From Bdellovibrionia bacterium (GTDB lineage Bacteria; Bdellovibrionota; UBA1018): a DNA stretch of 38,007 bases. A model generated the notes under the pieces. It was not told the DNA's origin. It saw nothing but the letters and a program-made list of their open reading frames with translations, and made no database searches. Shown here one piece after another: positions 8,960 through 18,783 of this stretch. The stretch spans positions 1-38,007 of the forward strand of contig JBMSSC010000009.1 in NCBI GenBank assembly GCA_049424145.1, given 5' to 3'. The position numbers and the translations under genes were made by a program. The stretch's first letter is position 1. Each line of letters opens with the position of its first letter.

Positions 8960-9877
8960 TTATGATTTTTTGATCAGCTTGTAGCTTCGGTACTCAAAAA
9001 GTCGATGGCCTGTGACTTTTTCAATGGAGTCTAATACTACTCGTTTGAAGTCCCTCCAAGAAAAAATAAAGGGCGAGGACTTTAAATCCCAATTCCAGCC
9101 CTGAGCTTGGATTCGTTTTTTCATGACCGCGGGATGGGTTCCTAAAAAAGGTGAGAGTCCCCAGAATCGTTTGTATTGGTAGTTGGTTCCGGTGTGAGGG
9201 GTGTGATTCTGTGCGTCTTCTTGAGTGGGAGAACCATGGTAGAGTTGATCGAGAAAGTAGGTCTTTTCTTTCATTGCATCGGGTTTTCGGACCCAGCCGT
9301 AGTGGTACACATGCGCGTGAGCGGGAATGACTCTTAGCTTTTCACCGGTGACTTTCCTAAAGCTCTGGGCATCGCCCACGCTTCGGGCTTGAGCACTTTT
9401 TCGAATCGCACGCACCTCTCTGCGATACGTGCTCCGGGAGTGCTGAATCACATCAAAAGATCCGTAAAAGTGCCAGTAATCAAAAACAAGTCCCTCAATT
9501 TGGGGATCATTCATGGCACGTTGGAGGCTGGTTTTGAGCTGGGGCATGTCTTTTTCATGGAGGACCTCATCGGCTTGCAGGTAAACACACCAATCCGAAG
9601 TGCATGCATCGAGAGCTAAGTTGGTTTGCTCTGAGAGGATGAGTCCGCCTTGTTTTTTTTCTGGGATGTGAAGCTGCCAGTCGCTCTCAAAGAATCGGAC
9701 TTTTCCTAAGCCGTGAGTTTTTGCAAAGCGATTGACCTGCTCCAGCGTGTCATCGTCACCGATTCCCACATTGATGACTAGTTCGTCGACCACGGGCAAG
9801 AGCGAGTGGAGGGATTCTAAGAAGGGGTAGTCAAACTGAGTGCCATTTCGAAGCAGGGTGAAGCCGGATACTTTCAT
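8960..9877 (-). CDS. Glycosyltransferase (GT-A fold, GT2-like)
   Basis: MKVSGFTLLRNG..FDYPFLES, VDELVINVG, DWCVYLQADEVLHE (DxD-like) and YHYGWVR. ATGA overlap with the upstream GT9. Confidence 0.8.
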   Translation of the reverse strand: MKVSGFTLLRNGTQFDYPFLESLHSLLPVVDELVINVGIGDDDTLEQVNRFAKTHGLGKVRFFESDWQLHIPEKKQGGLILSEQTNLALDACTSDWCVYLQADEVLHEKDMPQLKTSLQRAMNDPQIEGLVFDYWHFYGSFDVIQHSRSTYRREVRAIRKSAQARSVGDAQSFRKVTGEKLRVIPAHAHVYHYGWVRKPDAMKEKTYFLDQLYHGSPTQEDAQNHTPHTGTNYQYKRFWGLSPFLGTHPAVMKKRIQAQGWNWDLKSSPFIFSWRDFKRVVLDSIEKVTGHRLFEYRSYKLIKKS

Positions 9878-10977
9878 TTTTGAATTCTCTCACAGTGGCT
9901 TAAGACCGAGTTGACGCCAATGAGCTTCATGCACTGATGATCCTCTTGGATGCAAGTGCTGAGGCCACACCAAGCCGGGCGCTCTGGGTTGCCTGAGGTT
10001 CTACAAGCGAGGGGTTCGACGAAGACGTAGGGGTGTTGGTCCTCGGGATAAGGGTGCCATTCGAAGGGGTGTTCAGGACCGAAAACACTCACGGTGGGTG
10101 TTCCAACGGCGATGGCGAGATGCTTGGGGCCTGAGTCGTTGCAGGCTAAAACAGAGAGTTGGGAGAGGTAGGCTGCAAGACTTCGGATGGAAAGCTCAGT
10201 GGTGGCGTAAATTTGGCAGCGGAGCTGAGCTCGTTTGGTTGTGTCTGTCACGCTGGAGAGAATGAGATCATCATAGAGTTTTAAAAACTCGTGAGTGAGG
10301 TGTTTTTCTTGGGGGCCGGCTGTAACGAAGACTCCTCCGTTTTGCCTCGTTTGCCACTCAAACGCCAGAACGGCAGCTCGTTGAAGCGGCCAAATCTTCG
10401 TTGCGCGGCTTGCGCCCAGGCTGATGCCTAGGACGGGTTGACGGAGTCCAAGCTGCTCGAGGTGAGTTTTTGCCTGAGCGATTTCCGAGGGGTTTAAGAA
10501 GATCTGAGGAAGGCGTCCCGCAGGGACGTGAATTCCTAGGGAGCGAACGGCATCCATGTCACGCTCAATGATGGGTTTGAGCTGACCTTTACCCGCAATG
10601 AGGTGCGTTGAAAACCGATTGCGATGGGAGTGCCCATGGAAGTGGATGGCTCTGGATTTGGCTCCCGTGGCTCGCGCTAGCCAAGCGCTCGTCGAGCTTG
10701 CATGAAAATTGATGACTAGGTCGTAGTTTTCTGCTCGAAGCCTCCAGGCCAGACGCCCTAACGAAGCGGATTTTTTCAAGGGATTGCTCTCGCGTTGGAA
10801 GGGGATCACTTGAAACACTCCGGGCGTATTCTCTAGTAAAGGAGCCCACTCACTAGGAACTAAGACATCGATCCGGGATTCGGCAAAGGCTTTTTGAACC
10901 TGAGCCAGTGCAGCAGTCATCAAGACTGTGTCCCCAAGGGAGCGTAACTTCATGAGCAGAATCTTGATGGGAGGCAT
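9874..10977 (-). CDS. Glycosyltransferase family 9 (LPS heptosyltransferase-like)
   Basis: KILLMKLRSLGDTVL, YDLVINFH, GASRATKIWP, CNDSGPKHLAIAVGTPTVSVFGP, and a C-terminal Cys cluster. Start is ATG 10977 or TTG 10983. Confidence 0.9.
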   Translation of the reverse strand: MPPIKILLMKLRSLGDTVLMTAALAQVQKAFAESRIDVLVPSEWAPLLENTPGVFQVIPFQRESNPLKKSASLGRLAWRLRAENYDLVINFHASSTSAWLARATGAKSRAIHFHGHSHRNRFSTHLIAGKGQLKPIIERDMDAVRSLGIHVPAGRLPQIFLNPSEIAQAKTHLEQLGLRQPVLGISLGASRATKIWPLQRAAVLAFEWQTRQNGGVFVTAGPQEKHLTHEFLKLYDDLILSSVTDTTKRAQLRCQIYATTELSIRSLAAYLSQLSVLACNDSGPKHLAIAVGTPTVSVFGPEHPFEWHPYPEDQHPYVFVEPLACRTSGNPERPAWCGLSTCIQEDHQCMKLIGVNSVLSHCERIQK

Positions 10978-11036
10978 AGCCAAACCGTAGCTTAAATCCC
11001 TGCCCTTTGAAAATTCAAAAAATGGGTTTGAGAAAC

Positions 11037-11078
11037 AAAAAAGCCCCGAGCGTCCATGAAGAGCCCGAGGCTTTTTTT
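11037..11078 (-). terminator. Rho-independent terminator of the small secreted protein gene
   Basis: Minus strand reads GCCTCGGGC-loop-GCTCGGGGC followed by TTTTTTG, with an A-tract on the other side, about 22 bp after the stop codon. Confidence 0.85.
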
Positions 11079-11099
11079 AAACCAAGCTGAAAGCTCGAA

Positions 11100-11327
11100 T
11101 TAGTGAGCTTCGTGGGTCTCAGCAGCAGGAGCAGCAGGAGCGGCTTCAGCAGCAGGAGCAGCCGTTTCAGCTGGAGCTTCAGTTTTCTTTTCTTCTTTCT
11201 TCTCTTTCTTGCCTTTTTTCACATGATGCTTTTCATGCTTAGCATGGCCTTCATGAGCAGCTTCTTCAGCGAAAGCAACGGTTGAGAAAGCAACAACGGT
11301 CATCAATGCGAGTGCGATCTTTTTCAT
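11100..11327 (-). CDS. Small secreted low-complexity protein (His/Lys-rich then Ala/Pro/Glu-rich)
   Basis: Sec signal MKKIALALMTVVAFSTVAFA, AAGGAG RBS 8 nt upstream, its own terminator, and strongly biased GCT/GAA/AAA codons. Confidence 0.85.
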   Translation of the reverse strand: MKKIALALMTVVAFSTVAFAEEAAHEGHAKHEKHHVKKGKKEKKEEKKTEAPAETAAPAAEAAPAAPAAETHEAH

Positions 11328-11556
11328 AATCTTGACTCCTTAGTCAGGCAAAGCGTTGGTTGATAGTGATGCAGAGTTGAAATAAAAATCTGCTTCTTTT
11401 AGTTATAGAAGATTGCTCAGAATTCATGCAAGGGGTTTTTTTATACTGCAATTGGAAGTGGACTCGGGTGTTGCAATTTGCGTCATCCTTCAGGTCTTTT
11501 GGCAGATCCTTTGGCTCATTCTGCTTCAAACTTTTAAGACTCAAGCCAAGCAGTCC

Positions 11557-12198
11557 CTAGAAGCGCGACTGAAACTTATAAATATGATGAATGTCAATAT
11601 GAGGGAATCGAAAGTGTTTGAGTTTCATCGCAGCGAGTTGAAGGATCAGTTTCGTCTGGCGACTCTTGTCTTGATAGCGAACTTTTTTCACCTCTCCTAA
11701 GATAAAAGATTTGGCCTCTGCCGGGTGAAAAACAAAACCGCGAGAAAACTCATAGCCTCCTTTGAAAGGGATGATCCGGGCCTCGAAAATATCTCCAGCT
11801 GCAAAGCCGCGGTTAATTTCCGAGTCCGTGACGGTGTAGGATTTATTGGAAAAGAGGTCCAAAATTTTGACATTTTTTCGGCTAAAGCTAAAAAGTTTCA
11901 ATTTAAAAATCGAATTCACCGTGGAACAAAAGTCGCGATAAATATTGAGTTCCTCACTGGAGAATCGGTCTTTGTTTTTTCTAAAGAAGTATTTAATGGG
12001 CGGGAGATCAACGCCGGGGAGATCCCGGTCAAAGATGTACCAGTCCATGAAAATGCACATGCGCTGTTCAAATTCGGGATCGTCTTCATAGACAATGCCG
12101 GCTTTATCAAAGTACTCTTGCTTGGCATTGTAGACTTCTCGGTAGTACTCACCGGTTGTAAAATCTTCGATGATGGGTTCAAGGTATTTTTGATACAT
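11557..12198 (-). CDS. Hypothetical protein (213 aa, cytoplasmic, aromatic-rich)
   Basis: Protein-like composition, co-oriented with carA and overlapping its 3' end by 20 bp. I recognise no family motif with confidence. Confidence 0.8.
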   Translation of the reverse strand: MYQKYLEPIIEDFTTGEYYREVYNAKQEYFDKAGIVYEDDPEFEQRMCIFMDWYIFDRDLPGVDLPPIKYFFRKNKDRFSSEELNIYRDFCSTVNSIFKLKLFSFSRKNVKILDLFSNKSYTVTDSEINRGFAAGDIFEARIIPFKGGYEFSRGFVFHPAEAKSFILGEVKKVRYQDKSRQTKLILQLAAMKLKHFRFPHIDIHHIYKFQSRF

Positions 12199-13360
12199 AG
12201 GTTTTTACATTCTCGATGAATCTTGAAAAAAGTGCCACTGAATCGTGGGGTCCGGGAGAAGATTCTGGGTGGTATTGGACGGAAAATGCCGGAGCATGAG
12301 ACGTCCCGAGGACTTGGAGTCCCTCAACGGTTTGATCATTTAAATTCAGGTGGGTCACTTGGACGCCCGGAGGAAGAGATTGCGCATCGACGGTGTAGCC
12401 ATGGTTATGGGAGCTGATTTCCACTTTTTGGGTCGTGACGTCGAAGACGGGTTGATTGGATCCTCGGTGCCCGAACTTCAGTTTCACGGTTTTTCCCCCG
12501 AGTGCTAGGGCAAGCAGTTGATGGCCCATGCAGACGCCAAAAATGGGAATCTTTCCCACCAGGTGCTGAATCGTTTGAACGGCATAAGGCGCAGCCGAGG
12601 GGTCACCTGGTCCGTTCGAGAGGAAGAGCCCATGGGGTTTTCTCTCTAAAATCTCCTGAGCGGTGGAGTGGGCCGGTAACACCTCCACATCACAGCCCAG
12701 CGCTTGGAGTTTTCTTAAGAGGTTCCATTTGATCCCAAAATCTAAGGCCACCACTCGATACAAAGAAGCTTGGGATTTGGACCAAAAGTAGGGTTTTTGA
12801 GTGGATACTTCACGAATTAAATCCCGCCCTTCCATTTGCGGAAGGGATTGAAGGTGGGCTAGGCCTAGGGTTTTTTGCCGAGCAGGAAGAATCACACCCC
12901 GAGTGACGCCCTGGGATCTCAAGTGGCGGGTGAGGGCTCGGGTGTCCACTGCTGAGAGAGCAGGAATCTGATGCTCTCTTAAGTAGGCCTCCAGGGTGCC
13001 CTGGGATCTCCAGTTGGAGGGTTCATGGCAGAGCTCATGAACGATGAGTCCTGCGCACCAGGGCTTGAGACTCTCCACGTCCTCTGGGTTGACACCCGTA
13101 TTGCCGATGTGCGGATACGTGAGGCACACGATTTGGCCGTAATAGGAGGGGTCGGTTAAAATCTCCTGATAGCCGGTCATCGACGTGTTGAACACCACTT
13201 CGCCGTAGCCTCGGTCTGCTGGGTTTTTCTGGCAGTGGGGGGTACGGCTCTGGGTGATCGACTCCAGGGATACGGAAGCACCCCGGAGAATGCCTGAAAA
13301 TTCTGTTCCGTCTTCTAAGAGGAGAACTCCGGGTTCTTCTTGAAGGGTGGTGCTGCCCAT
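12179..13360 (-). CDS. carA: Carbamoyl-phosphate synthase small subunit
   Basis: LLLEDGT, GEVVFNTSMTGYQEILTDPSY, DTRALTR, DFGIKWN, LSNGPGDP, GVCMGHQ, SVQYHPESSPGPHD. Confidence 0.97.
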   Translation of the reverse strand: MGSTTLQEEPGVLLLEDGTEFSGILRGASVSLESITQSRTPHCQKNPADRGYGEVVFNTSMTGYQEILTDPSYYGQIVCLTYPHIGNTGVNPEDVESLKPWCAGLIVHELCHEPSNWRSQGTLEAYLREHQIPALSAVDTRALTRHLRSQGVTRGVILPARQKTLGLAHLQSLPQMEGRDLIREVSTQKPYFWSKSQASLYRVVALDFGIKWNLLRKLQALGCDVEVLPAHSTAQEILERKPHGLFLSNGPGDPSAAPYAVQTIQHLVGKIPIFGVCMGHQLLALALGGKTVKLKFGHRGSNQPVFDVTTQKVEISSHNHGYTVDAQSLPPGVQVTHLNLNDQTVEGLQVLGTSHAPAFSVQYHPESSPGPHDSVALFSRFIENVKTYVSKIP

Positions 13361-13364
13361 GAAA

Positions 13365-14681
13365 TCACCTCATTGGCTCAAGTTGGATGTGACCGGACTG
13401 AAAAACGATGTTTCCGTTCACTAGTGTTGCTGCCACTTTCCCCTCAAACTTCCAACCAAAAAACGGGGAGTTCCAACTTTTTGAAACGATATCGGACTCT
13501 TGAAGTTGCCAGCGGTGGTGAGGATCGATGAGCGTGAGGTCGGCCATTGATCCCAGTTTGAGTGTCCCAAGAGGCACTCCCAGTAAGCGGGCAGGGGCCG
13601 AGGTCAAGCTCTCCACCCAGCGCTGAAGAGGAAGAGATCCTTCATGAACCAGTCGTAAGGTGAGGGGAACGGCAGTTTGAAGACCTAAAATGCCATTAGG
13701 CGCGCACGAGAAGTGAACTTGCTTTTCGTGGGGGCTGTGAGGAGCATGATCGGTTGCCAGGATTTGAATCAAGTTCTCTGCTAAGGCCGCTCTTAAGGCT
13801 TTTACGTCGTTTTCCGTTCGAAGGGGGGGGGCCATTTTAAAATGAGTATTTTGAGTCCGAACCGCTTCATCGGTTAAAAAAAGATGATGGGGGCACACTT
13901 CGGCGGTCACTGGAAGCCCTGCCTCACGCGCGCGCCTTAAGTGCTCTAAAGCGACTTGGGTCGAAAGGTGGGCCAGATGAACGGGGGCTTGGGTGAGTCG
14001 GCAGAGGGCAATTTCTCGGGCTACGAGGATTTCCTCAGCCGCAGCCGGGTTTCCTCGAAGTTGAAGTTCACGGGAGACGGCTCCTTCATTCATCACGCCT
14101 GAATTGACGAGGTGAAGGTCTTCGGCGTGGCTGATCACGGGGACACCCAGAGCCTTGGCCCTCTCCATGGCCTCTCGCATGAGCTGAGAGTTCATCACCG
14201 GCATTCCATCATCGCTCAGAGCGCGAGCTCCAGCCCGCACCATCCCTTCGAGATCAGCCAGCTTCAGTCCTTGTAATCCTTGGGTCACAGCTCCAATGGG
14301 AAAAACTCGACAGAGGCCTGCTTTTTGGGCTTGGGTTCTGATGAAGTGGGTGGTCTCCGCTGAGTCGTTGACGGGCTGGGTGTTGGCCATGCAGGCAACC
14401 GAAGTGAAGCCGCCAGTCACCGCGGCTTGGGATCCGCTCTCAATGGTTTCCTTGTACTCAAACCCGGGCTCTCGAAAGTGAACATGAACATCGATGAGGC
14501 CTGGTGTGATCCACAGTCCTTGGGCATTCCAGCGTTTTTGGGCGCAAGTGGAGGGGATCTTGCCAGGGGAGTCGATGGCGACAATTTTTCCCTCCTCAAT
14601 GAGCAGGTCACCTGGGTGATCTCGATTTTCCGACGGATCTAAGATGCGTCCGTTTTGAATGAGAAGAGAAGAAAGGGACAT
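13365..14681 (-). CDS. pyrC: Dihydroorotase (type I)
   Basis: PGLIDVHVHFREPG, GGFTSVACMANT, SDDG, HAED, EVCPHHL, KMAPPLR, ATDHAPH, SKSWNSPF. Confidence 0.95.
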   Translation of the reverse strand: MSLSSLLIQNGRILDPSENRDHPGDLLIEEGKIVAIDSPGKIPSTCAQKRWNAQGLWITPGLIDVHVHFREPGFEYKETIESGSQAAVTGGFTSVACMANTQPVNDSAETTHFIRTQAQKAGLCRVFPIGAVTQGLQGLKLADLEGMVRAGARALSDDGMPVMNSQLMREAMERAKALGVPVISHAEDLHLVNSGVMNEGAVSRELQLRGNPAAAEEILVAREIALCRLTQAPVHLAHLSTQVALEHLRRAREAGLPVTAEVCPHHLFLTDEAVRTQNTHFKMAPPLRTENDVKALRAALAENLIQILATDHAPHSPHEKQVHFSCAPNGILGLQTAVPLTLRLVHEGSLPLQRWVESLTSAPARLLGVPLGTLKLGSMADLTLIDPHHRWQLQESDIVSKSWNSPFFGWKFEGKVAATLVNGNIVFQSGHIQLEPMR

Positions 14682-14766
14682 GATGAACTCCTCACTGAGA
14701 TTTCCCGGGCCTTCAGTCTCAGGGCTCGCTGGGTTAAAAAAATAAGAGGCGTGCCCTTTCGGCTGC

Positions 14767-16563
14767 TTAATCCACTTTCAATACCGCGAGGAATGCTTCT
14801 TGAGGAATTTCAACGCTGCCCACTTGCTTCATGCGTTTTTTACCCTCTTTTTGTTTCTCCAGCAGTTTTCGTTTTCGGGAAATGTCTCCGCCGTAACATT
14901 TGGCGGTGACGTTTTTTCTTAAAGCCGAGAGGTTTTCTCGAGCAATAATTTTGGCTCCAATGGCCGCTTGAATGGAGATCTCAAACATTTGTCGATCAAT
15001 GAGTTCCTTCATTTTCTTTGCTAACTCACGACCCCGATAGGCGGCCTTGTCGCGGTGAATGATCAGCGATAAGGCGTCAACGGGCTCAGAATTAATGAGA
15101 ATATCCAGCTTCACTAAGTCGGCTGGGAGGTAGTCGGTGAGTTCATAATCCATGGAGGCATAGCCCTTGGTGGCGCTTTTTAATCGATCGTAGAAATCAA
15201 ACACCATTTCATTGAGCGGCATTTGATAGACTAAAGAGACGCGATCCTTCGTGACATAATCCAGTTTTTCTTGAATTCCTCGTCGGTCATTGCACAAGGC
15301 CATGACCACGCCTACGTACTCTGAGGGCATGTGAACGGTGAGACGGATATAAGGTTCCTCAATGGTTTCAATTCTGGTTTGCTCGGGAAGCTTGGAGGGA
15401 TTATCCACCATGAGCACGGCTCCGTCGGTTTGGCAGACGCGATAGATGACGGATGGGGCTGTTGTGATGAGGTTTAAGTTGTACTCTCGCTCCAGACGCT
15501 CCTGGACGACGTCCATGTGCAGAAGGCCCAAGAATCCACAGCGAAATCCAAATCCCAACGCACTGGAGGTTTCAGGCTCCCAGCTAATGGCCGAATCGTT
15601 GAGTTTCAGCTTCTCCAGTGCTTCTTTCAGGTCGTTATAGGCATTGGCGTCAATGGGGTAAACGCCACAGAAGACCATGGGTTTGACTTCTTTAAAGCCA
15701 CCTAAAGGTTCTGGGCAGGGGTTTGAGGCGTCCGTGATGGTATCGCCTACTTTCATGTCCCTCACATCGCGAATTCCGCAAACAATGGCTCCGACTTCCC
15801 CACTGGAGATGCTCTCTACGTCCACAAATTTGGGGGAAAATAGGCCTACGCGTTGCGTTTCAAACTCTTTGCCCACGTGGAAGAGGCGAATTTTAGTGCC
15901 CTTGGAGATCTTCCCTTCAAAGACACGGCAGAGGGCAATGACGCCCTGATACGGATCAAACCAGCTGTCAAAGATTAAGGCTCTTAGGGGTTGATCGTCG
16001 GCGTCTTTGGGTGCGGGGAAGTACTTGACCACGGCTTCTAAGACGTCGTCGATTCCAATTCCGGATTTGGCACTGCAGAGCACGGCATGTTGGGTATCGA
16101 CCATGCCGATCATTTCATCGACTTCTTTTAAAACTTTCTCAGGGTCAGCGGAGGGCAAGTCGATCTTATTGACTGCGGGGAAAACCTCGAGGTTATTATC
16201 CAGGGCCATGAAAACGTTGGCCAAAGTCTGCGCTTCCACCCCTTGGGAGGCATCCACGACGAGAATAGCCCCCTCGCACGCGGCAAGCGAGCGGGAGACT
16301 TCGTAGGTAAAATCCACGTGACCGGGCGTATCAATCAGGTTGAGGATGTAGGTTTTTCCATCCTTCGCGCGGTAGTTCAGGCGCACGCTTTGGGCCTTGA
16401 TGGTGATGCCTCGCTCCCGTTCAATCTCCATGTTGTCGAGAAACTGGGCTTCCATTTCTCGTTGGGTCACTGTCCCGGTTCGCTCCAGAAGGCGATCGGC
16501 CAGAGTTGACTTCCCATGATCAATGTGCGCAATGATACAAAAATTTCTAATATTCTTTGACAT
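14767..16563 (-). CDS. lepA: Elongation factor 4 (LepA)
   Basis: [77 protein letters not shown]. Confidence 0.99.
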   Translation of the reverse strand: MSKNIRNFCIIAHIDHGKSTLADRLLERTGTVTQREMEAQFLDNMEIERERGITIKAQSVRLNYRAKDGKTYILNLIDTPGHVDFTYEVSRSLAACEGAILVVDASQGVEAQTLANVFMALDNNLEVFPAVNKIDLPSADPEKVLKEVDEMIGMVDTQHAVLCSAKSGIGIDDVLEAVVKYFPAPKDADDQPLRALIFDSWFDPYQGVIALCRVFEGKISKGTKIRLFHVGKEFETQRVGLFSPKFVDVESISSGEVGAIVCGIRDVRDMKVGDTITDASNPCPEPLGGFKEVKPMVFCGVYPIDANAYNDLKEALEKLKLNDSAISWEPETSSALGFGFRCGFLGLLHMDVVQERLEREYNLNLITTAPSVIYRVCQTDGAVLMVDNPSKLPEQTRIETIEEPYIRLTVHMPSEYVGVVMALCNDRRGIQEKLDYVTKDRVSLVYQMPLNEMVFDFYDRLKSATKGYASMDYELTDYLPADLVKLDILINSEPVDALSLIIHRDKAAYRGRELAKKMKELIDRQMFEISIQAAIGAKIIARENLSALRKNVTAKCYGGDISRKRKLLEKQKEGKKRMKQVGSVEIPQEAFLAVLKVD

Positions 16564-16675
16564 AACTCGGGTTGGGAACTTACCAGAGTCAGCAAGAATG
16601 GGAAAGAAGCCATTTAAGGAGTTTTCGCTTAGGCACGATCAGCTCGGTTCAAACAGCCCAGTTAAAACGCATGTC

Positions 16676-16737
16676 GTTTTGACGGTGCCGGTAGGCAGGG
16701 GGTCTGCCTGGTGTTTTGACGGTGCCGGTCGGCAGGG
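16676..16737. repeat. Two-copy 25-bp direct repeat in the lepA / RNA-methyltransferase divergent intergenic region
   Basis: GTTTTGACGGTGCCGGTAGGCAGGG (16676-16700) and GTTTTGACGGTGCCGGTCGGCAGGG (16713-16737): one mismatch, 37-bp period. Confidence 0.85.
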
Positions 16738-16750
16738 CGGAGGAGAAGAA

Positions 16751-17890
16751 ATGAACCCACAGGAGCTTAGGTTAAAAATTACGGATCTATCACGAGGGGG
16801 GGCGGGATTAGCGCGCGACGAGAGCGGACGTGTGGTGTTTGTGCCGTTTACAGCCCCGGGGGATGTGGTTCGTGTCCAGTTGACGAGCGAGGATCGAAGG
16901 TATGCCGAGGCTCAGGTGGTAGAGATTCTGGAGCCCTCGGAGCTTAGGCAGGAGCCGGTGTGTCCGGCGTTTGGGCGCTGCGGGGGGTGCCAGTGGCAGC
17001 ACTTGCCTTACTCGTATCAGTGGGAGACCAAGGTCAAGGGAGTGGCTCATGCGCTCAAGCGGGTCAACCTGGAGCTGCCCTCCAACTTAGAGCTTGCGCC
17101 GGCTGAGCAGATCTGGAACTACCGCAATCGGATTCAGCTTCGGGGTAAAGCCCAAAGTTTAGGCTTTTATCAAGCCCGGTCGCAGACGTTAGTGGCCGTC
17201 GAGGGATGCCCTATTGCGCGTCCCGAGTTAAACGCCCAGTGGGAGCAAGTTCGCAAACAAGGCTCTCAGTTGCGTCGGCCTTTTAAAGTGGAGCTTGAGG
17301 TGCTGCCCTCAGGAGAGGTTCGATCCACATGGAACTCGAGACATTCGGCAGGGGGTTTTAGGCAAGTGCATGATGCGCAAAATGAAAAGCTGAAGGCCTG
17401 GATTCAAAAAGTCATCCCCGAAAGCGACATTCTCTATGACCTCTACGGAGGCTCGGGAAATTTAAGCCTTCCGCTGGTGGATCGGTGCTCGCGGATTCAT
17501 TGTGTGGATCTGGGGGCCCCAAGACAAAAGCCCGAGGGGGTGGCCGATCACTTTGAGTTTCATCGAAGTGCCGTAGACACTTGGCTTGCGGCGCAGCGGT
17601 TTGAGTCCCCGTCGCCCCTGCGGTCGTCTTCGAGTCCGCAAATCAGTGCGATTATTGACCCCCCTCGAGATGGGCTTCGAGGCGAGTTTCAGGAAGTGGC
17701 TCAGGCGATGGATCGAATGCAGGTCAATCAAATCGTGGCCATCGGTTGTGATCCCGATTCTTGGGCTCGGGATTTATCGGGGTGGGTGAAAAAAGGGTGG
17801 ACTCTGCAACGGGTGTTTTTAGTGGACCTGTTTCCCCAGACTTATCATATTGAATCAGTCGGGTTATTAGTTTCTTGCAGAGAATTTTGA
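16751..17890 (+). CDS. TRAM-domain RNA (uracil-5)-methyltransferase, RlmD/RumA family
   Basis: TRAM domain (GRVVFVPFTAPGD), Fe-S motif CPAFGRCGGCQWQH, YRNR, DLYGGSG, DPPRDG, catalytic GCDP, DLFPQTYHIE. Start is ATG 16751 with AGGAG RBS; the ORF-track start at 16523 overlaps lepA. Confidence 0.9.
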   Translation: MNPQELRLKITDLSRGGAGLARDESGRVVFVPFTAPGDVVRVQLTSEDRRYAEAQVVEILEPSELRQEPVCPAFGRCGGCQWQHLPYSYQWETKVKGVAHALKRVNLELPSNLELAPAEQIWNYRNRIQLRGKAQSLGFYQARSQTLVAVEGCPIARPELNAQWEQVRKQGSQLRRPFKVELEVLPSGEVRSTWNSRHSAGGFRQVHDAQNEKLKAWIQKVIPESDILYDLYGGSGNLSLPLVDRCSRIHCVDLGAPRQKPEGVADHFEFHRSAVDTWLAAQRFESPSPLRSSSSPQISAIIDPPRDGLRGEFQEVAQAMDRMQVNQIVAIGCDPDSWARDLSGWVKKGWTLQRVFLVDLFPQTYHIESVGLLVSCREF

Positions 17891-17921
17891 CAGAGTCAGA
17901 ATTGCCTTCTAAGTTAGAAGG

Positions 17922-18722
17922 ATGAAGCATCCAAGATCTGAGCGTTTCTCGGTTTTCAGCATGGCTTTTTTTCTTAGTGCGCTGTTTTCTTTGCTCATGC
18001 AAGGCTGTGCAACGGGGAAAGAGGGCTCAAAAGCTATGAGTCGAACCGATCGGGCGCGCATCTTTGTTGAAATTGCAAACGGGGCTTTAGTGGAGGGGGA
18101 TCCCACGGCAGCTCTTCAAGCCATAGCACGAGCGGAGTCCGAGGATGCTCAATTGCCTGAGCTTCATCACACCCGGGCCTTGGCTTACTATACAAAAAAG
18201 GAACTTGAACTCGCCATGCAGTCTGGTTTAAAAGCAGTTCAATTGAAGCCAGATTATTCGGATGCTAAAAATACCTTGGGCAAGATCTATTTAGATCTCG
18301 GAAAATGGGATTTGGCCTTGCCTGTTTTGTCCGAAGCAGCCACTGACAATCTTTATCGAGACGCTTATAAGGCGTGGACTAACCTGGGGATCTTAACGTA
18401 CCGAAAAAATGATTACTCACTTTCTTCTCAGTACTTTTCAAAAGCCGTACAAAATGCCCCGAGTCAGTCCTGTATTGCGCATTATTATCTGGGTCACATC
18501 AGCATGAAGGAAGCAAGATTGCAGGACGCCATTCGAGAATACAGTCTTTCAACCAAGAAGTTTTGTGGCAGCTTTGGGGATGGACTGTTGGCACTCGGTG
18601 TGGCTTATCAGAAAAATAAACAGTATAGTGAGGCGCGTAAAACCTTCATTGAGGTTCAAAAGCGGTTCCCGAAAACCGGATGGGCTGAAAAAGCTCTCGA
18701 TCACTTGAAGTTTCTGCCATGA
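17922..18722 (+). CDS. TPR-repeat lipoprotein, PilF/PilW/Tgl-like (possible type IV pilus pilotin)
   Basis: Lipobox-like LLMQG-C, several TPRs (AKNTLGKIY, AWTNLG, AHYYLG, LALG). It lies immediately upstream of rodZ, as pilF/pilW does in many Proteobacteria. Confidence 0.75.
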   Translation: MKHPRSERFSVFSMAFFLSALFSLLMQGCATGKEGSKAMSRTDRARIFVEIANGALVEGDPTAALQAIARAESEDAQLPELHHTRALAYYTKKELELAMQSGLKAVQLKPDYSDAKNTLGKIYLDLGKWDLALPVLSEAATDNLYRDAYKAWTNLGILTYRKNDYSLSSQYFSKAVQNAPSQSCIAHYYLGHISMKEARLQDAIREYSLSTKKFCGSFGDGLLALGVAYQKNKQYSEARKTFIEVQKRFPKTGWAEKALDHLKFLP

Positions 18723-18783
18723 CGCAGTTCACCTTAAGTGGCATTGAGCAGTTCCACCCCCAGAGTCGTAAAGAGGTCTACCT

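Noticed and set aside
11344..11700. Short ORFs 11344..11544 (-) and 11413..11700 (+)
   Set aside because: No convincing RBS or motifs. They cover the probable promoter region of the small secreted protein or are antisense to a real gene.
11725..12219. Longer antisense ORFs (11725..12219, also 34217..34729, 28389..28841, 2657..3145, 21389..21829)
   Set aside because: They overlap well-supported genes in other frames or strands and have no recognisable motifs.
14700..14766. Possible PyrR-binding attenuator upstream of pyrC (TTTAACCCAGCGAGCCCT)
   Set aside because: It only partly matches ARUCCNGNGAGGYU, the required stem does not pair, and no clear terminator/antiterminator or pyrR gene is present.
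15869..15884. parS-like TTGCCCACGTGGAAGA
   Set aside because: Four mismatches to the parS palindrome, and it is inside lepA coding sequence.
16676..16737. CRISPR interpretation of the 25-bp direct repeat
   Set aside because: Only two copies, a 12-bp spacer, and no cas genes.
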